Source of the DNA: Candidatus Moraniibacteriota bacterium
GTDB lineage: Bacteria; Patescibacteriota; Minisyncoccia; Moranbacterales; GWC2-37-73
Reading direction: 5' to 3'
Assembly: GCA_036845785.1 (NCBI GenBank)
Contig: DAIUDF010000002.1
Location: 4,552 to 68,551 of the forward strand
DNA length: 64,000 bases
Below are positions 38,651 through 48,843 of this stretch, one piece after another. Each line of letters begins with the position of its first letter. The first letter of the stretch is position 1. The notes under the pieces were generated by a model. It searched no databases and was not told where the DNA came from. It was given only the letters and a program-made list of their open reading frames with translations. Both the position numbers and the translations under genes were made by a program.

Positions 38651-39478
38651 TTATTTTGTCAGCTGATATCCATTTTCTTCCCATTTTGGCATAGCGCCCT
38701 TAAGGACAAAGGGCGAAACCAGTAGCATATCATACATTTGGACAGAAGCTTGAAATTCCTGAAGCTCGCTGATTCCGACTACCACAACTCTTTTTTCAGT
38801 TATTTCTTTGCGTCTTTTTTCAACTTCTAAAAAGGGGATGTTAATAGCTCCCGGAATGTGATTCTTGGAATATTCTTCCTGAGTCCGGACATCAATGATA
38901 AATGTCGGAACGCCTTCTTTAATGGCATTGCTCAAATCCTTACTTTCAACATAAGAAACCTTCAACTGGTCTTCAAAAGAATTAGGGTTGCCATAAGTGA
39001 CAGAGACGCCAACTGTTTGTTTCCACCCATTCATGCCGTCAGCCAAAACCAAAAAATTTTCAAAATTTTCTTTTTTAAGCTGGTCTACGGCTTTTTTAAT
39101 ATTTTCATCTTCTGCACTTTCAGCAACAACAACCACTTGTTTATTGATATCTATTTTATTTTTCAAAGGGAACTCTTCGGGAGTTATGTTTACTGCGTCT
39201 GCAATATGTTCAGTGGCGTATGTTTCAAACGGCCGTATGTCCAAAAGCACAGGCAACTCATTTTCCTTGGCTAAAAGAATTTTCTTATACAAATCTTTGG
39301 CGTTTATAGTTTTATATTCCAAGCCATTTTCTTCTTTAACGAGCGAAACATCGTCTTGTTCTTTGAAAAGATTGCTGCGGAAAAGGGTAATCACAATAAC
39401 GACCATAATCAGAACAAAACCAATCATAATGGCTATCTGATCTTTTTTGTCTTTTGTTTTTTGAATTTTATCGTCCAT
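38651..39478 (-). CDS. membrane-anchored tandem rhodanese-domain protein
   Basis: TM anchor, then two rhodanese-like modules ('LLDIRPFETYATEHIADAVNI', 'FIIDVRTQEEYSKNHIPGAINI'). Confidence 0.55.
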   Translation of the reverse strand: MDDKIQKTKDKKDQIAIMIGFVLIMVVIVITLFRSNLFKEQDDVSLVKEENGLEYKTINAKDLYKKILLAKENELPVLLDIRPFETYATEHIADAVNITPEEFPLKNKIDINKQVVVVAESAEDENIKKAVDQLKKENFENFLVLADGMNGWKQTVGVSVTYGNPNSFEDQLKVSYVESKDLSNAIKEGVPTFIIDVRTQEEYSKNHIPGAINIPFLEVEKRRKEITEKRVVVVGISELQEFQASVQMYDMLLVSPFVLKGAMPKWEENGYQLTK

Positions 39479-39504
39479 TTTTTTAGTATTTTGAAAATTA
39501 AACT

Positions 39505-40473
39505 TTATACTAAAACACTACCAATAAAATCAGCATGGCCGTTGATAAATTCCCTTACATTTATAGGCATTTTTCCTTCCTGTTGGATTTCTTTCAGAAT
39601 TATTATTCCATTTCCGGTTTGCACTCCGATTTCATCAGCAATTTCAAAAACTTCTCCCTCAATGTGTTTTTGCTGAGGATTAATGCTTTGTTTTTCTATG
39701 GAAACTAATTTCAGTCGGAGTCTCTCATTGTCTTTTTTCCAATAGCAAAATATTCCCGGCCAGGGAGCAAGCGCGCGATAGCGGTTATGGATATCTTCCG
39801 AATCATCCGTCCAATTTACATATCCGTCATTGCGTTCAATGAGCTGACACATTGTAGCTTTTGAATTATCCTGGGGTTGTGGCTGGATTTTTCTTTCAAT
39901 CCAAAGCGGAATTGTTTCCAAAAGCATTTCAGCTCCGACTTCTGAAAGCTTATTAAGAAGAGCGAGATTGTCGTCTCCAGGTTCAATTAAAACGGTTTTT
40001 TGAGCTAAAATATCTCCAGTATCAATACCTTTGTCCATCAACATAATGGTGATTCCGGTTTCCTTTTCTCCATTTATAAGAGCATTTTGAATCGGTGATG
40101 GCCCGCGATATTTCGGAAGTAGGGAAGCGTGTACGTTGATGCAGCCAAAACCCGGAATGTTCAGGACTGCTGGCGAAAGGATTTTCCCATAAGCAGCTAC
40201 AATAATCAAATCCGCTTTCAAATCCTTGATTTGTTCAACAGCTGCTTCATCTATTTTTTCAGGCTGAAAAACAGGAATATTTTTTTCTTGGGCTATTTTT
40301 TTAACCAAGGGTTCGCTAATTTCTTGTTTGCGGCCTATTTTTTTATCTGGTTTGGTAAAAACTCCCACAATATTATATTTTTTTTCTATAAGCGCTTTTA
40401 AGACGACTGCAGATAATTCAGATGTTCCCATAAAAACAATCGGGATTTTTATTTGTTTTTCTTCTTTAAACAT
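39505..40473 (-). CDS. fmt: methionyl-tRNA formyltransferase
   Basis: 'INVHASLLPKYRGPSPIQ' formyltransferase signature; 322 aa. Sits immediately upstream of def (def-fmt pair). Confidence 0.85.
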   Translation of the reverse strand: MFKEEKQIKIPIVFMGTSELSAVVLKALIEKKYNIVGVFTKPDKKIGRKQEISEPLVKKIAQEKNIPVFQPEKIDEAAVEQIKDLKADLIIVAAYGKILSPAVLNIPGFGCINVHASLLPKYRGPSPIQNALINGEKETGITIMLMDKGIDTGDILAQKTVLIEPGDDNLALLNKLSEVGAEMLLETIPLWIERKIQPQPQDNSKATMCQLIERNDGYVNWTDDSEDIHNRYRALAPWPGIFCYWKKDNERLRLKLVSIEKQSINPQQKHIEGEVFEIADEIGVQTGNGIIILKEIQQEGKMPINVREFINGHADFIGSVLV

Positions 40474-40492
40474 AAATAATTATTTTATTTGA

Positions 40493-40960
40493 TTATCTAT
40501 TTAATATTTTTTGCAGTTTTTTTGTTTTTGAGATAAAAAGGATTCCGTCAAGATGGTCAATCTCATGTTGCATTGCTCTGGCTAAGAGTCCCTGCGTCTT
40601 CACTTTTGCTGGCTGACCTTTTTCATCAGTATATCTGACTTGCACTTCACTGTAACGGGAAACAGGGTAGAATTCACCAGGAAAACTGAGACAACCCTCA
40701 TCACAAACCTCCTTTTGTCTGGATTTGGCAGTAATTTTCGGATTAATCAAGATATAGCGAATATCTTCCAATTCAATAATGCAAAGCCGGACACTGACGC
40801 CAACTTGCGGTGCAGCTAAACCCACGCCATTTTTATTAGCGTGCAAAGTTTCAGTCATGTTTTCTATAAGTTCCTGAACCTCTTTATTCAAGGGATCTTT
40901 GATTTTGGCTGCTTTCTGCGACAAAACCGGATCAGGATATTTTCTGATTTTGAGTTTCAT
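40493..40960 (-). CDS. def: peptide deformylase
   Basis: 'GLAAPQVG', 'EGCLSFPG', 'HEIDHLDG' motifs. Confidence 0.85.
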   Translation of the reverse strand: MKLKIRKYPDPVLSQKAAKIKDPLNKEVQELIENMTETLHANKNGVGLAAPQVGVSVRLCIIELEDIRYILINPKITAKSRQKEVCDEGCLSFPGEFYPVSRYSEVQVRYTDEKGQPAKVKTQGLLARAMQHEIDHLDGILFISKTKKLQKILNR

Positions 40961-41017
40961 AATTATCTTAATTTTAGCACAAAAAACGTTTTTCTGTACA
41001 GTTTTTAATGTTAAATT

Positions 41018-41311
41018 TCAATTTTTATTGATAATCTTGAAAAAATAGCGCCATTTTTCACCGCTCTTGCAAAGTTCCTTAGTGTCATTCAGGGCTTTTT
41101 CCACGATAGTTTTGTTATATTTTTTGCACATTTGGAAGACAGAACTGCGCTTATTGTTTGGTATACTTAATTCACTTATAATTTTTAGCGCCAAATCTTG
41201 CCATTCATAAGCCGGCGGTTTTTTGGCTATCCGAGTATTTAATATATCTTTGAATGATTTGGGCTGCATATATTTATGTTTTAATTGTAGCAGGTTAGAG
41301 TTTACGCGCAA
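41018..41311 (-). CDS. hypothetical protein
   Basis: 97 aa, basic, no recognisable domain. The start may be the internal ATG (MQPKSF). Confidence 0.3.
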   Translation of the reverse strand: MRVNSNLLQLKHKYMQPKSFKDILNTRIAKKPPAYEWQDLALKIISELSIPNNKRSSVFQMCKKYNKTIVEKALNDTKELCKSGEKWRYFFKIINKN

Positions 41312-41375
41312 ATTGTAATTATAATAAAAAAATGTTATCCTAACTCTATAAAAAGGCTTTTAATGGGAAAATATT

Positions 41376-41915
41376 ATGCAAAAAAAGAAGATATTTATTG
41401 AAATAGCTGTCCCGCAACAGATTAAAAAGCGGATAATGCAAAAGATTGCTCCTTGGGCTGATTTACCAATCAAGTGGGTCAAAGAAGAAAGTCTTCATAT
41501 AACCGTGTCTTTTGTTGGCTATGTCGATGAGAGCGTTGTGCCTGACATTTGTTTCAAGGTTAAAGAAACTGTGGCTAAAATTGAATCTTTTGAAATTACT
41601 TTTGATCGCATCGGGCTTGCTCCGGATGCTGAAAATCCAAAATCAATTGCTCTCATTGGAAAACCATTGAAAGAGTTGGGAGAATTGAATGAGAAAATTG
41701 AAGAAGCGTTAGATATGTATCCGCAAAAACATAAACAATTCTCTCCACATGTGACTTTGGGTAGAATCAAAAAACTAAAATGGGATGAACTTTCCAAGAA
41801 ACCGCTTATTGAAGAAAAATGCAATATTGGCATGACAGCGGAAGCGGTTTTGGTGATGGAAAGCCGTGGCGGAGAAGGATCATATTCTGTTTTGGAACAA
41901 TGCAACTTAGTTTAG
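41376..41915 (+). CDS. thpR: RNA 2',3'-cyclic phosphodiesterase / 2'-5' RNA ligase (2H phosphoesterase)
   Basis: Two H-x-T/S-x motifs, 'HITVSF' and 'HVTLGR'; 179 aa. Confidence 0.7.
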   Translation: MQKKKIFIEIAVPQQIKKRIMQKIAPWADLPIKWVKEESLHITVSFVGYVDESVVPDICFKVKETVAKIESFEITFDRIGLAPDAENPKSIALIGKPLKELGELNEKIEEALDMYPQKHKQFSPHVTLGRIKKLKWDELSKKPLIEEKCNIGMTAEAVLVMESRGGEGSYSVLEQCNLV

Positions 41916-41935
41916 TTTGCTAGAATTTATATTTT

Positions 41936-42637
41936 ATGGAAATACTTGGCGTACGAATCGATAATTTTTCCAAACAAGAGATTCTGAAAAAAATAGAATC
42001 CTTTTTAGCTGATGGCAAATTTCATCAGATTGCGACAGTTAACGCGGAGTTTATTTTGCAAGCCCAAAAAGATAATGATTTTAAAAATATTTTGAATACT
42101 TGTGATTTGAATGTAGCGGATACAATCAGCATCCGATATGCGTTTTTGCGTTACGGAAAATGGTTGAAAGCCAGAATTGCCGGCGCAGATCTCATGCATG
42201 AAATTTTAAAAATTGCCAATGAAAAAAAATTTTCTGTTTTTCTAGCCGTCAGCAAAAACGGTTTGAGTTCCTACGAAGAAATAAAAAATAAGTTATCGCA
42301 AATATACCCAAATGTAAATTTTTCTGGTGCTGATATTGATAATCAAAATTTTTCTTCATACCAAATGCCATATGCCATATGCCAGATACTATTTTGCAAC
42401 TTCGGCGCCCCGCGTCAAGAAAAGTTTATTAATTGCGTAAAAAATGATATACTGGGAGTGGCCATGGGAATTGGCGGTTCTTTTGATTATATAACAGGAA
42501 AAATTAAAAGAGCGCCCAAAATAATGCGCTATTTTGGCTTAGAGTGGCTTTGGAGGCTGATTTTGCAGCCAAAAAGATGGAAAAGGATCTGGAATGCTGT
42601 AATTATTTTTCCAATTAGAATAATTTTTAATAAATAA
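41936..42637 (+). CDS. WecB/TagA/CpsF family glycosyltransferase (GT26)
   Basis: 'ILGVRIDNFSKQEIL', 'HQIATVNAEFI', C-terminal 'RAPKIMRYFGLEWLWRLILQPKRWKR'. Confidence 0.8.
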   Translation: MEILGVRIDNFSKQEILKKIESFLADGKFHQIATVNAEFILQAQKDNDFKNILNTCDLNVADTISIRYAFLRYGKWLKARIAGADLMHEILKIANEKKFSVFLAVSKNGLSSYEEIKNKLSQIYPNVNFSGADIDNQNFSSYQMPYAICQILFCNFGAPRQEKFINCVKNDILGVAMGIGGSFDYITGKIKRAPKIMRYFGLEWLWRLILQPKRWKRIWNAVIIFPIRIIFNK

Positions 42638-42695
42638 ATTTACCCTGCCAAATTTCGCCAAAGGCGGAACAACAGAGTTAAATTCAACAAGACAT

Positions 42696-43100
42696 ATGAC
42701 ATCTAAAACAAAATTAATAAAAACAGTCTATCTTTATCTGATAGCGGCAGTCAGCTTGATTTTTGTAGCCGTAGGAATCGGAAGAATTTTGAATACAGGA
42801 ATGAAATATTATCTTTTTCCGGAAGCTGAGAAAAAAAGTTATTATGAGTGCAATAATCAACCCCCAGTAGCTGCAGTTATTTCCAAGGAAGGGGCTACAA
42901 CAGAACAAAAAGTCCAGATAGACGAACTGCTGGCTGACTATCAGAACTGGAAAGAAAATCAAACTGGCGACAAATGTATAGTCCCGGCTAGACAAAACAA
43001 CATCGTAGATGCGATGACTATGGTTATAATTGCCGTTCCGATTTGCTGGATTCACTGGATGTTTATTCGCAGAAGCAAAAAAGAAGAGAATGAAGAATAA
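42696..43100 (+). CDS. hypothetical membrane protein
   Basis: Two TM segments; 134 aa. Confidence 0.35.
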   Translation: MTSKTKLIKTVYLYLIAAVSLIFVAVGIGRILNTGMKYYLFPEAEKKSYYECNNQPPVAAVISKEGATTEQKVQIDELLADYQNWKENQTGDKCIVPARQNNIVDAMTMVIIAVPICWIHWMFIRRSKKEENEE

Positions 43101-43188
43101 TTTTTTATGATTATATTGATAATTATCATTGCTGTGGTTTTATTCATTGCGGGAGCAGTTTGGGTAATTTCTAGCAAAGATTAAAATT

Positions 43189-44712
43189 ATGGAAAAAGTC
43201 AGAGTCAGATTTGCGCCATCACCGACAGGCTATTTGCATGTAGGCGGACTTCGTACCGCTCTTTATGATTATTTGTTTGCCCAAAAAAATGGAGGGACTT
43301 TTATTTTGAAAATTGAGGATACAGATCAAAAAAGATATGTCGATGGTGCAGTTGAAAATTTGATAAAGTCTTTAGGCTGGGCTGGATTAGAATGGGATGA
43401 GGGAGTTTTTACAAAGACAGACAAGAAGTCTATAAAATCAAAAACATATGCAGATATTTCGGAAGTTGGCAAATATGGTCCATATGTGCAATCTGAAAAA
43501 CTGGATATTTACAAAAAATATGCTGAGCAACTAGTTAAAGATGGCCATGCCTATTATTGTTTTTGCACCTCGGAATGTCTTGAAAAAATGCGCAAAGAGC
43601 AAGCAGCTCAAAAGCAAGCCCCCATGTATGACAAGCGTTGCCAGAAGCTTTCTGAAGAAGAAACTGAAAAAAGAATTAAACAGGGAGAAAAATATGTTAT
43701 CCGACAAAAAATAGATGCCGAAGGTTTTACCGAATACGAGGATCTGGTTCGCGGAAAAGTAAAATTCGAAAATAAACTGCTCGACGATCAGGTACTGATG
43801 AAATCAGACGGCTATCCGACATATCACCTGGCCAGTGTTGTTGATGACCATGAAATGGGCATAACCCATGTCATTCGTGGAGAAGAGTGGCTTCCAAGCC
43901 TTCCGAAACACATCTTGCTCTATAGGAATTTTGGCTGGAAACCGCCGCAATTTGCACATCTTCCGCTTTTAATAAATCCTGACAAAACCAAGCTTTCCAA
44001 ACGCCAAGGCGATGTGTCAGTGGAGGACTATATTAAAAAAGGCTATTTGAAAGAAGCCATTATTAATTTCGTGGCTCTTTTAGGCTGGAATCCTGGCGAG
44101 GGAAGTACTCAGGAAATATTTTCTCTGGAAGAGTTGATAGAAAAATTTGATTTTGCCCATGTGCACAAAGCGGGCGCTGTTTTTGATCTCAAGAAATTAG
44201 ACTGGCTGAATGCCCAGTATATCAAAAAAATGAGCCCAGAAGATATATATCAAAATGCATTAATATATTTAGAACAGAAAGAATTTTACAAAACCTGGAG
44301 CAAGGAGCATGCAACGGGGGAGAGGGAAGAGTTTGTCAAGAAAGTTTTGACGATTGAAAAAGAACGGCTGACAAAATTTTCCGATGTCGGCGAAGAAAAT
44401 AAATTTTTCTTTCAGGATGTTTCTTGTGAAAAAGAATTACTGCGCTGGAAAAAAAATACTGACGAAGAGACGAAAAAATCATTAGAAATAGCCAGCAAAG
44501 TGTTGACCGAAATTGCTGAGGCAGATTGGGAACTTAAAAATCTGGAAAATAAATTATTGGAAGCCGCGGGGGAAAAACGAGGAGATTTGCTGTGGCCGCT
44601 TAGAGCTGCTCTTACAGGACTTCAAAAATCGCCATCGCCATTCGAAGTGGCTTGGGTTTTGGGCAAAAAAGAATCACTAAAACGCATTGAAAAAGCTTTG
44701 GAATTGTTATAA
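43189..44712 (+). CDS. gltX: glutamyl-tRNA synthetase
   Basis: 'RFAPSPTGYLHVGGLRTAL' HIGH region and 'KLSKR' KMSKS motif. Confidence 0.9.
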   Translation: MEKVRVRFAPSPTGYLHVGGLRTALYDYLFAQKNGGTFILKIEDTDQKRYVDGAVENLIKSLGWAGLEWDEGVFTKTDKKSIKSKTYADISEVGKYGPYVQSEKLDIYKKYAEQLVKDGHAYYCFCTSECLEKMRKEQAAQKQAPMYDKRCQKLSEEETEKRIKQGEKYVIRQKIDAEGFTEYEDLVRGKVKFENKLLDDQVLMKSDGYPTYHLASVVDDHEMGITHVIRGEEWLPSLPKHILLYRNFGWKPPQFAHLPLLINPDKTKLSKRQGDVSVEDYIKKGYLKEAIINFVALLGWNPGEGSTQEIFSLEELIEKFDFAHVHKAGAVFDLKKLDWLNAQYIKKMSPEDIYQNALIYLEQKEFYKTWSKEHATGEREEFVKKVLTIEKERLTKFSDVGEENKFFFQDVSCEKELLRWKKNTDEETKKSLEIASKVLTEIAEADWELKNLENKLLEAAGEKRGDLLWPLRAALTGLQKSPSPFEVAWVLGKKESLKRIEKALELL

Positions 44713-44721
44713 TTTCAAAAA

Positions 44722-46053
44722 ATGAATATAAAAAGAAAAAACAATTTATTCTCAAATAAGATTAAATTTACAATGAGCATGGCAATATTCCTTGCGCTGT
44801 TTTTGGTTTTTTATGAAGTCAAGGCTGACAGCATAAGTGATCTTTATGAAACTTCGCTTTCCGATAAGGACCAGGAAAAATATGAGGAATTGGCAAAAAA
44901 AGCTGAGATTTACAGGCAAATAATTGAAATTAAAGAAAAGCAAGGTGAAACTTTGGAAAACCAGCTTTCCATAACCAATTCAAATATTGAAGAATTGCAA
45001 ACTCAGATCGACATAACTTCGCGCCAACTCACTGACTTGAATGAAAAAATTATCAGCCTGGAAAAACAAATAAAAGAAAGAAATAGTTTATTGAATTCTC
45101 AAAGAAAATTGCTGGCCGAGATTGTTCAAACTTATTATGAAACAAACAAGGCAGGCCTATTGGCTGCGTATCTTTCGGGTGAAAATATTGCATCATTCAT
45201 AGTAAAAAAAGACAGGATAGCGCAGACTGGCGATAAGATAAATGAATTGGTTAAATCAATTGCAAAAACAAGGGATGACTTGAAAGCACAAAGCGCTGAT
45301 TTGGATTCCAGGAAGAGCGATCTTGTTAAAAAGAATCAAGAATTAGCAGATCAGAATAGCAATCTAGAAACTGTTAAAAGGCAGCGGCAGAAATTATTGG
45401 TGGAAACTCAAGGTGATGAAGAACGCTACCGAAGCTTGCTTGCAAAAGTTGAAGCCCAGAAACAGGAACTTTTGGATATAGACCAATTTTTTGCTGCCAG
45501 TGGGCTAAGCGCTGATTCCTATCCCAAACCGGATTCAAAATATTTTGCTTCAACAGATTGGTTTTATTATCAATGGGATAAACGATGGGGAGATGAAAAT
45601 ATCGGAAATACGAGAACAAAAATGAAAAGCTATGGCTGTGCAGTTACCGCTGTTTCCATGGTTTTCACAAAAGAAGGGATTTCCATGACACCAGGAAAAC
45701 TTGCCAATGAGCCTATTTTTTCCGGAGACCTGATAAATTGGTATGATGCGAAAGATTGGGAAAAAAACTGGCCTGTTCCTGATTCCAAATACGGTTATGC
45801 ACATGGCAATATAAACTGGTCGTCTGTTGATAGTGAGCTTAAAAAAGGCAATCCGGTTATTGTTTATATAAAAAGAACAAAAGGCGGCGGACACTACGTT
45901 GTTATTCATAATAAAGATTCAAAAGGGAAGTATGTGGTTCATGATCCCTATTTTGGGGCTAATATATTTCTAGAGACATCACAAGCGCTAGTAGGTGCTT
46001 TAGGTTCATCCAGTGCAACCAGAGTTGACCAAATGGTGGTTTATAAAAAATAA
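44722..46053 (+). CDS. coiled-coil protein with a C-terminal peptidase C39-like (papain-fold) domain
   Basis: N-terminal TM, long coiled coil (EnvC-like), C-terminal 'YGCAVTAVSMV' ... 'GGGHYVVI' Cys/His pair. Confidence 0.45.
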   Translation: MNIKRKNNLFSNKIKFTMSMAIFLALFLVFYEVKADSISDLYETSLSDKDQEKYEELAKKAEIYRQIIEIKEKQGETLENQLSITNSNIEELQTQIDITSRQLTDLNEKIISLEKQIKERNSLLNSQRKLLAEIVQTYYETNKAGLLAAYLSGENIASFIVKKDRIAQTGDKINELVKSIAKTRDDLKAQSADLDSRKSDLVKKNQELADQNSNLETVKRQRQKLLVETQGDEERYRSLLAKVEAQKQELLDIDQFFAASGLSADSYPKPDSKYFASTDWFYYQWDKRWGDENIGNTRTKMKSYGCAVTAVSMVFTKEGISMTPGKLANEPIFSGDLINWYDAKDWEKNWPVPDSKYGYAHGNINWSSVDSELKKGNPVIVYIKRTKGGGHYVVIHNKDSKGKYVVHDPYFGANIFLETSQALVGALGSSSATRVDQMVVYKK

Positions 46054-46750
46054 TATAAAATTTTCTATCGCAGGGGTTGTGCGACATTAGGCAGGTTTCT
46101 GTTTTTTTAAAAAAGGAAACTAAAAATCAAGAATCAAATTGCCCGAACCAACCATTTTTCAACTCTTCAGAAGCGGGATATTTAAAAATATAAATTCAGT
46201 GAAATTGCATAAATTCAAGTCTTTACAGATTTGAATTTTTTGTTTGAAAATTTTTCTTTTTTTAAAAAAATTTTTTAAATTCATTTTTTTATTTTTTATT
46301 CAATTATTTTTTTAAAAAATATCCTGAGCTGAGAGTCGGAATGATTTGAGGGGTTTCGGGGATAGGTAGATGTATGCTGAGGTCGGTTCATTTTTGCCAT
46401 AAGTCAAAATAGGGCATCTTTTTAGCAAATGAATGCTTTCAGGGATACATAGATGTATCTGGTTTGGGGAAAATTTGGGGCAAAAACTTCGGAAAAATTT
46501 TTTAATTTTTATTTATATATAAATTCAAAAATGAAATGCATTTTTTAAAAGATAGAACCGGAAAACTGAAATGAAAAAATAGAGGGATCTCAAACAAATG
46601 AGAATATGGGTTAAAAGTATTTAAAAGGGCCAAGAGGGTTTTAATAAGGCTGTATTTTAAATATAACGTCGCAAAAGATATATTGTGCGACATTATATCT
46701 ATAGAAAAAGAGCTACTTACCTACTAAAGCAAATAACTCTCTTTATTTTT
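46054..46750. other. 700-bp non-coding AT-rich island with internal and flanking direct repeats
   Basis: No credible ORF. The 13-bp direct repeat TTGTGCGACATTA sits at 46077 and 46683. Two ~22-nt imperfect repeats GGGATAsnTAGATGTATsCTG at 46352 and 46441. An extreme AT tract lies at 46240-46320. Confidence 0.5.
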
Positions 46751-47164
46751 TTACAACTCCATTTTAAAAACGCCTGTTTCGTAAATTTTAAATCCCATGC
46801 TTAGATATAATTTTCTGGCTGCTTCTCTTTTGGGATTGCTGGTAAGATTTATTCTGCGGGCTTTTTTATTTTTGGCTATGGCTATTAATTTTTCTGTTAT
46901 TTTTCTGCCATGTCCCTCCCCTCTCCGGGTAGAATCAACAATTACATCTTCTATTCTTGCCACGCATCCTTCGCAAGGGACTTGATGGATTATTAATGAT
47001 CCAAATCCGATCACCTGCCTTTTTTCTTCAAGAACAATGCAATTGCAGCCAGCATCTTTGATAAGTGTTTTTATATTAATCCTAGTTTCTTTTCCGGTAA
47101 GCTGAGACAAAAGATCTTCAACTTTTTTCTTGTCCTGATGTTTTAATTTTCTTAATTTTGCCAT
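46751..47164 (-). CDS. GNAT family N-acetyltransferase
   Basis: 'RRGEGHGRKI' acetyl-CoA binding motif; 137 aa. Confidence 0.6.
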   Translation of the reverse strand: MAKLRKLKHQDKKKVEDLLSQLTGKETRINIKTLIKDAGCNCIVLEEKRQVIGFGSLIIHQVPCEGCVARIEDVIVDSTRRGEGHGRKITEKLIAIAKNKKARRINLTSNPKREAARKLYLSMGFKIYETGVFKMEL

Positions 47165-47168
47165 TTTT

Positions 47169-47567
47169 TTATTTTAATAAATTATTTTTTTCTTTTTTAT
47201 AATTTTCAATAGCTTTACGCAAGGCGTCAGCGGCCAGATTGCTGCAGTGCATTTTGATGCTTGGCAGTCCGCCGAGTTCATCAGCGACCATTTTGTTGGT
47301 GATTTTCAAGGCTTCGTCCAAAGTTCTGCCTTTGGCCATATCAGTCGCTATTGATGATGTGGCGATAGCGGCGCCGCAGCCCAAGGTCTCAAACTTGATA
47401 TCCTCAATGATTTCTTCTTTTTGATTATTTTGGCCAACCTTGATATACATGCGCATGATGTCGCCGCATCTTGGATTGCCAACCAAACCAACACCGTCGG
47501 GATTTTTGATTTCGCCTTGGTTGTGGGGTTTAGTAAAATGTTCGATAACTTTTTTATTGTATTGCAT
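47169..47567 (-). CDS. NifU/IscU/SufU-like Fe-S cluster scaffold
   Basis: Three conserved Cys ('NPRCGD', 'LGCGAA', 'MHCSNL'). Confidence 0.75.
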   Translation of the reverse strand: MQYNKKVIEHFTKPHNQGEIKNPDGVGLVGNPRCGDIMRMYIKVGQNNQKEEIIEDIKFETLGCGAAIATSSIATDMAKGRTLDEALKITNKMVADELGGLPSIKMHCSNLAADALRKAIENYKKEKNNLLK

Positions 47568-47614
47568 AAATGTGATTAGATTTTTTGAATATTTATTATT
47601 TATTGGTATAGAAT

Positions 47615-48838
47615 TTATTTGAATTCTGAAAGCACATTACCTGAAATTTTTCTAAGGCGTTCGACTATTTCTTTGAGTTTTTTTATAAGAACGTTGATTT
47701 CTCCTTTAGTTGTATTTTTTCCCAGTGTAATTCTAAGGCTGCCATGGGCTTGTTCGTGCTTCAAGCCTAAAGACAAGAGAACATGCGAAGGTTCCAGTGT
47801 TCCGGAAGAACAAGCGCTGCCAGTTGAAGCAGCAATGCCTTCCATATCCAAAGAAAGAACAAGACCCTCCCCTTCCACATTATCAAAACGAAAATTAGCG
47901 TTGTTGGGTGAACGTTTTTCAGCTGATCCATTCAAATATGAATTGGGAATTTCTTCCAACACTTTTTTGATTAAATAATCCCTGAGTGCTTGTATTTTTT
48001 TGCTGATTTTCGGCTGCTGGTCATTGTTGATTGCTGAAATTGCTTCAGCCAAGCCGACGATTCCTGGCACGTTGTGAGTGCCGGCACGCAAACTAAATTC
48101 CTGTTCCCCGCCTTCCTGAATGCGTTTTATGGGTGTTCCTTTGCGGATATATAAAAGTCCGACGCCTTTTGGCCCGTAAATTTTATGTCCCGACATGGAC
48201 AATAGGTCAACAGCTAATTTGTTGACATTGCAATCGAAATAATTGACTGCTTGAGTGGCATCAGTATGAAAAAATATGCGGGTCAGATTCTTTTTAGCCC
48301 TTTCCGCATTTATTTTTTTAAGCATTTTTCCGATTTCTTCAATCGGCTGCACGGTTCCAATTTCATTATTAACATACATGACAGAAACAAGGATTGTGTT
48401 CGGTTGAATATTTTTTTCAATATCCTGGATTGAAATTATGCCTTCTTTGTCGGGAGCTATGTAGGAAACCTGTGCCCAACGGTCCTTCTCGACTGTTTTA
48501 CAGGCATTTAGCACGCAGTGATGTTCCAATTTAGTGGTAATTATATGTGGTCTCTCATTGTTTTTGTGAGCAACCGAATAATAGGCGCGAATGATTCCGT
48601 TGATAGTCAGATTATTGCTTTCTGTAGCGCCAGAAGTAAAAATTATTTCTGATGGGGATGCGCCGAAAAAGTCCGCAATTCTGGCGCGGGCATTGTCCAC
48701 TGCTTCCACAGCTTCTTGGCCAAAACTGTGCACTGACATCGGATTGCCAAACTTTTCTGAAAAATATGGAAGCATAGTTTTCAAAACTTTTGGTTCAAGC
48801 GGAGTTGTAGCGGCATGATCTAAATAAATTTTACTCAT
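47615..48838 (-). CDS. cysteine desulfurase (NifS/IscS family)
   Basis: 'YLDHAATTP', PLP-Lys 'SGHKIYGPKG', active-site 'SAC/SSGSAC'. Confidence 0.85.
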   Translation of the reverse strand: MSKIYLDHAATTPLEPKVLKTMLPYFSEKFGNPMSVHSFGQEAVEAVDNARARIADFFGASPSEIIFTSGATESNNLTINGIIRAYYSVAHKNNERPHIITTKLEHHCVLNACKTVEKDRWAQVSYIAPDKEGIISIQDIEKNIQPNTILVSVMYVNNEIGTVQPIEEIGKMLKKINAERAKKNLTRIFFHTDATQAVNYFDCNVNKLAVDLLSMSGHKIYGPKGVGLLYIRKGTPIKRIQEGGEQEFSLRAGTHNVPGIVGLAEAISAINNDQQPKISKKIQALRDYLIKKVLEEIPNSYLNGSAEKRSPNNANFRFDNVEGEGLVLSLDMEGIAASTGSACSSGTLEPSHVLLSLGLKHEQAHGSLRITLGKNTTKGEINVLIKKLKEIVERLRKISGNVLSEFK

Positions 48839-48843
48839 AAAAA

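Noticed and set aside
46502-46693. 63-aa minus-strand ORF in the 700-bp non-coding island
   Set aside because: It has no RBS, a low-complexity translation, and sits in a repeat-rich AT region. More likely non-coding.
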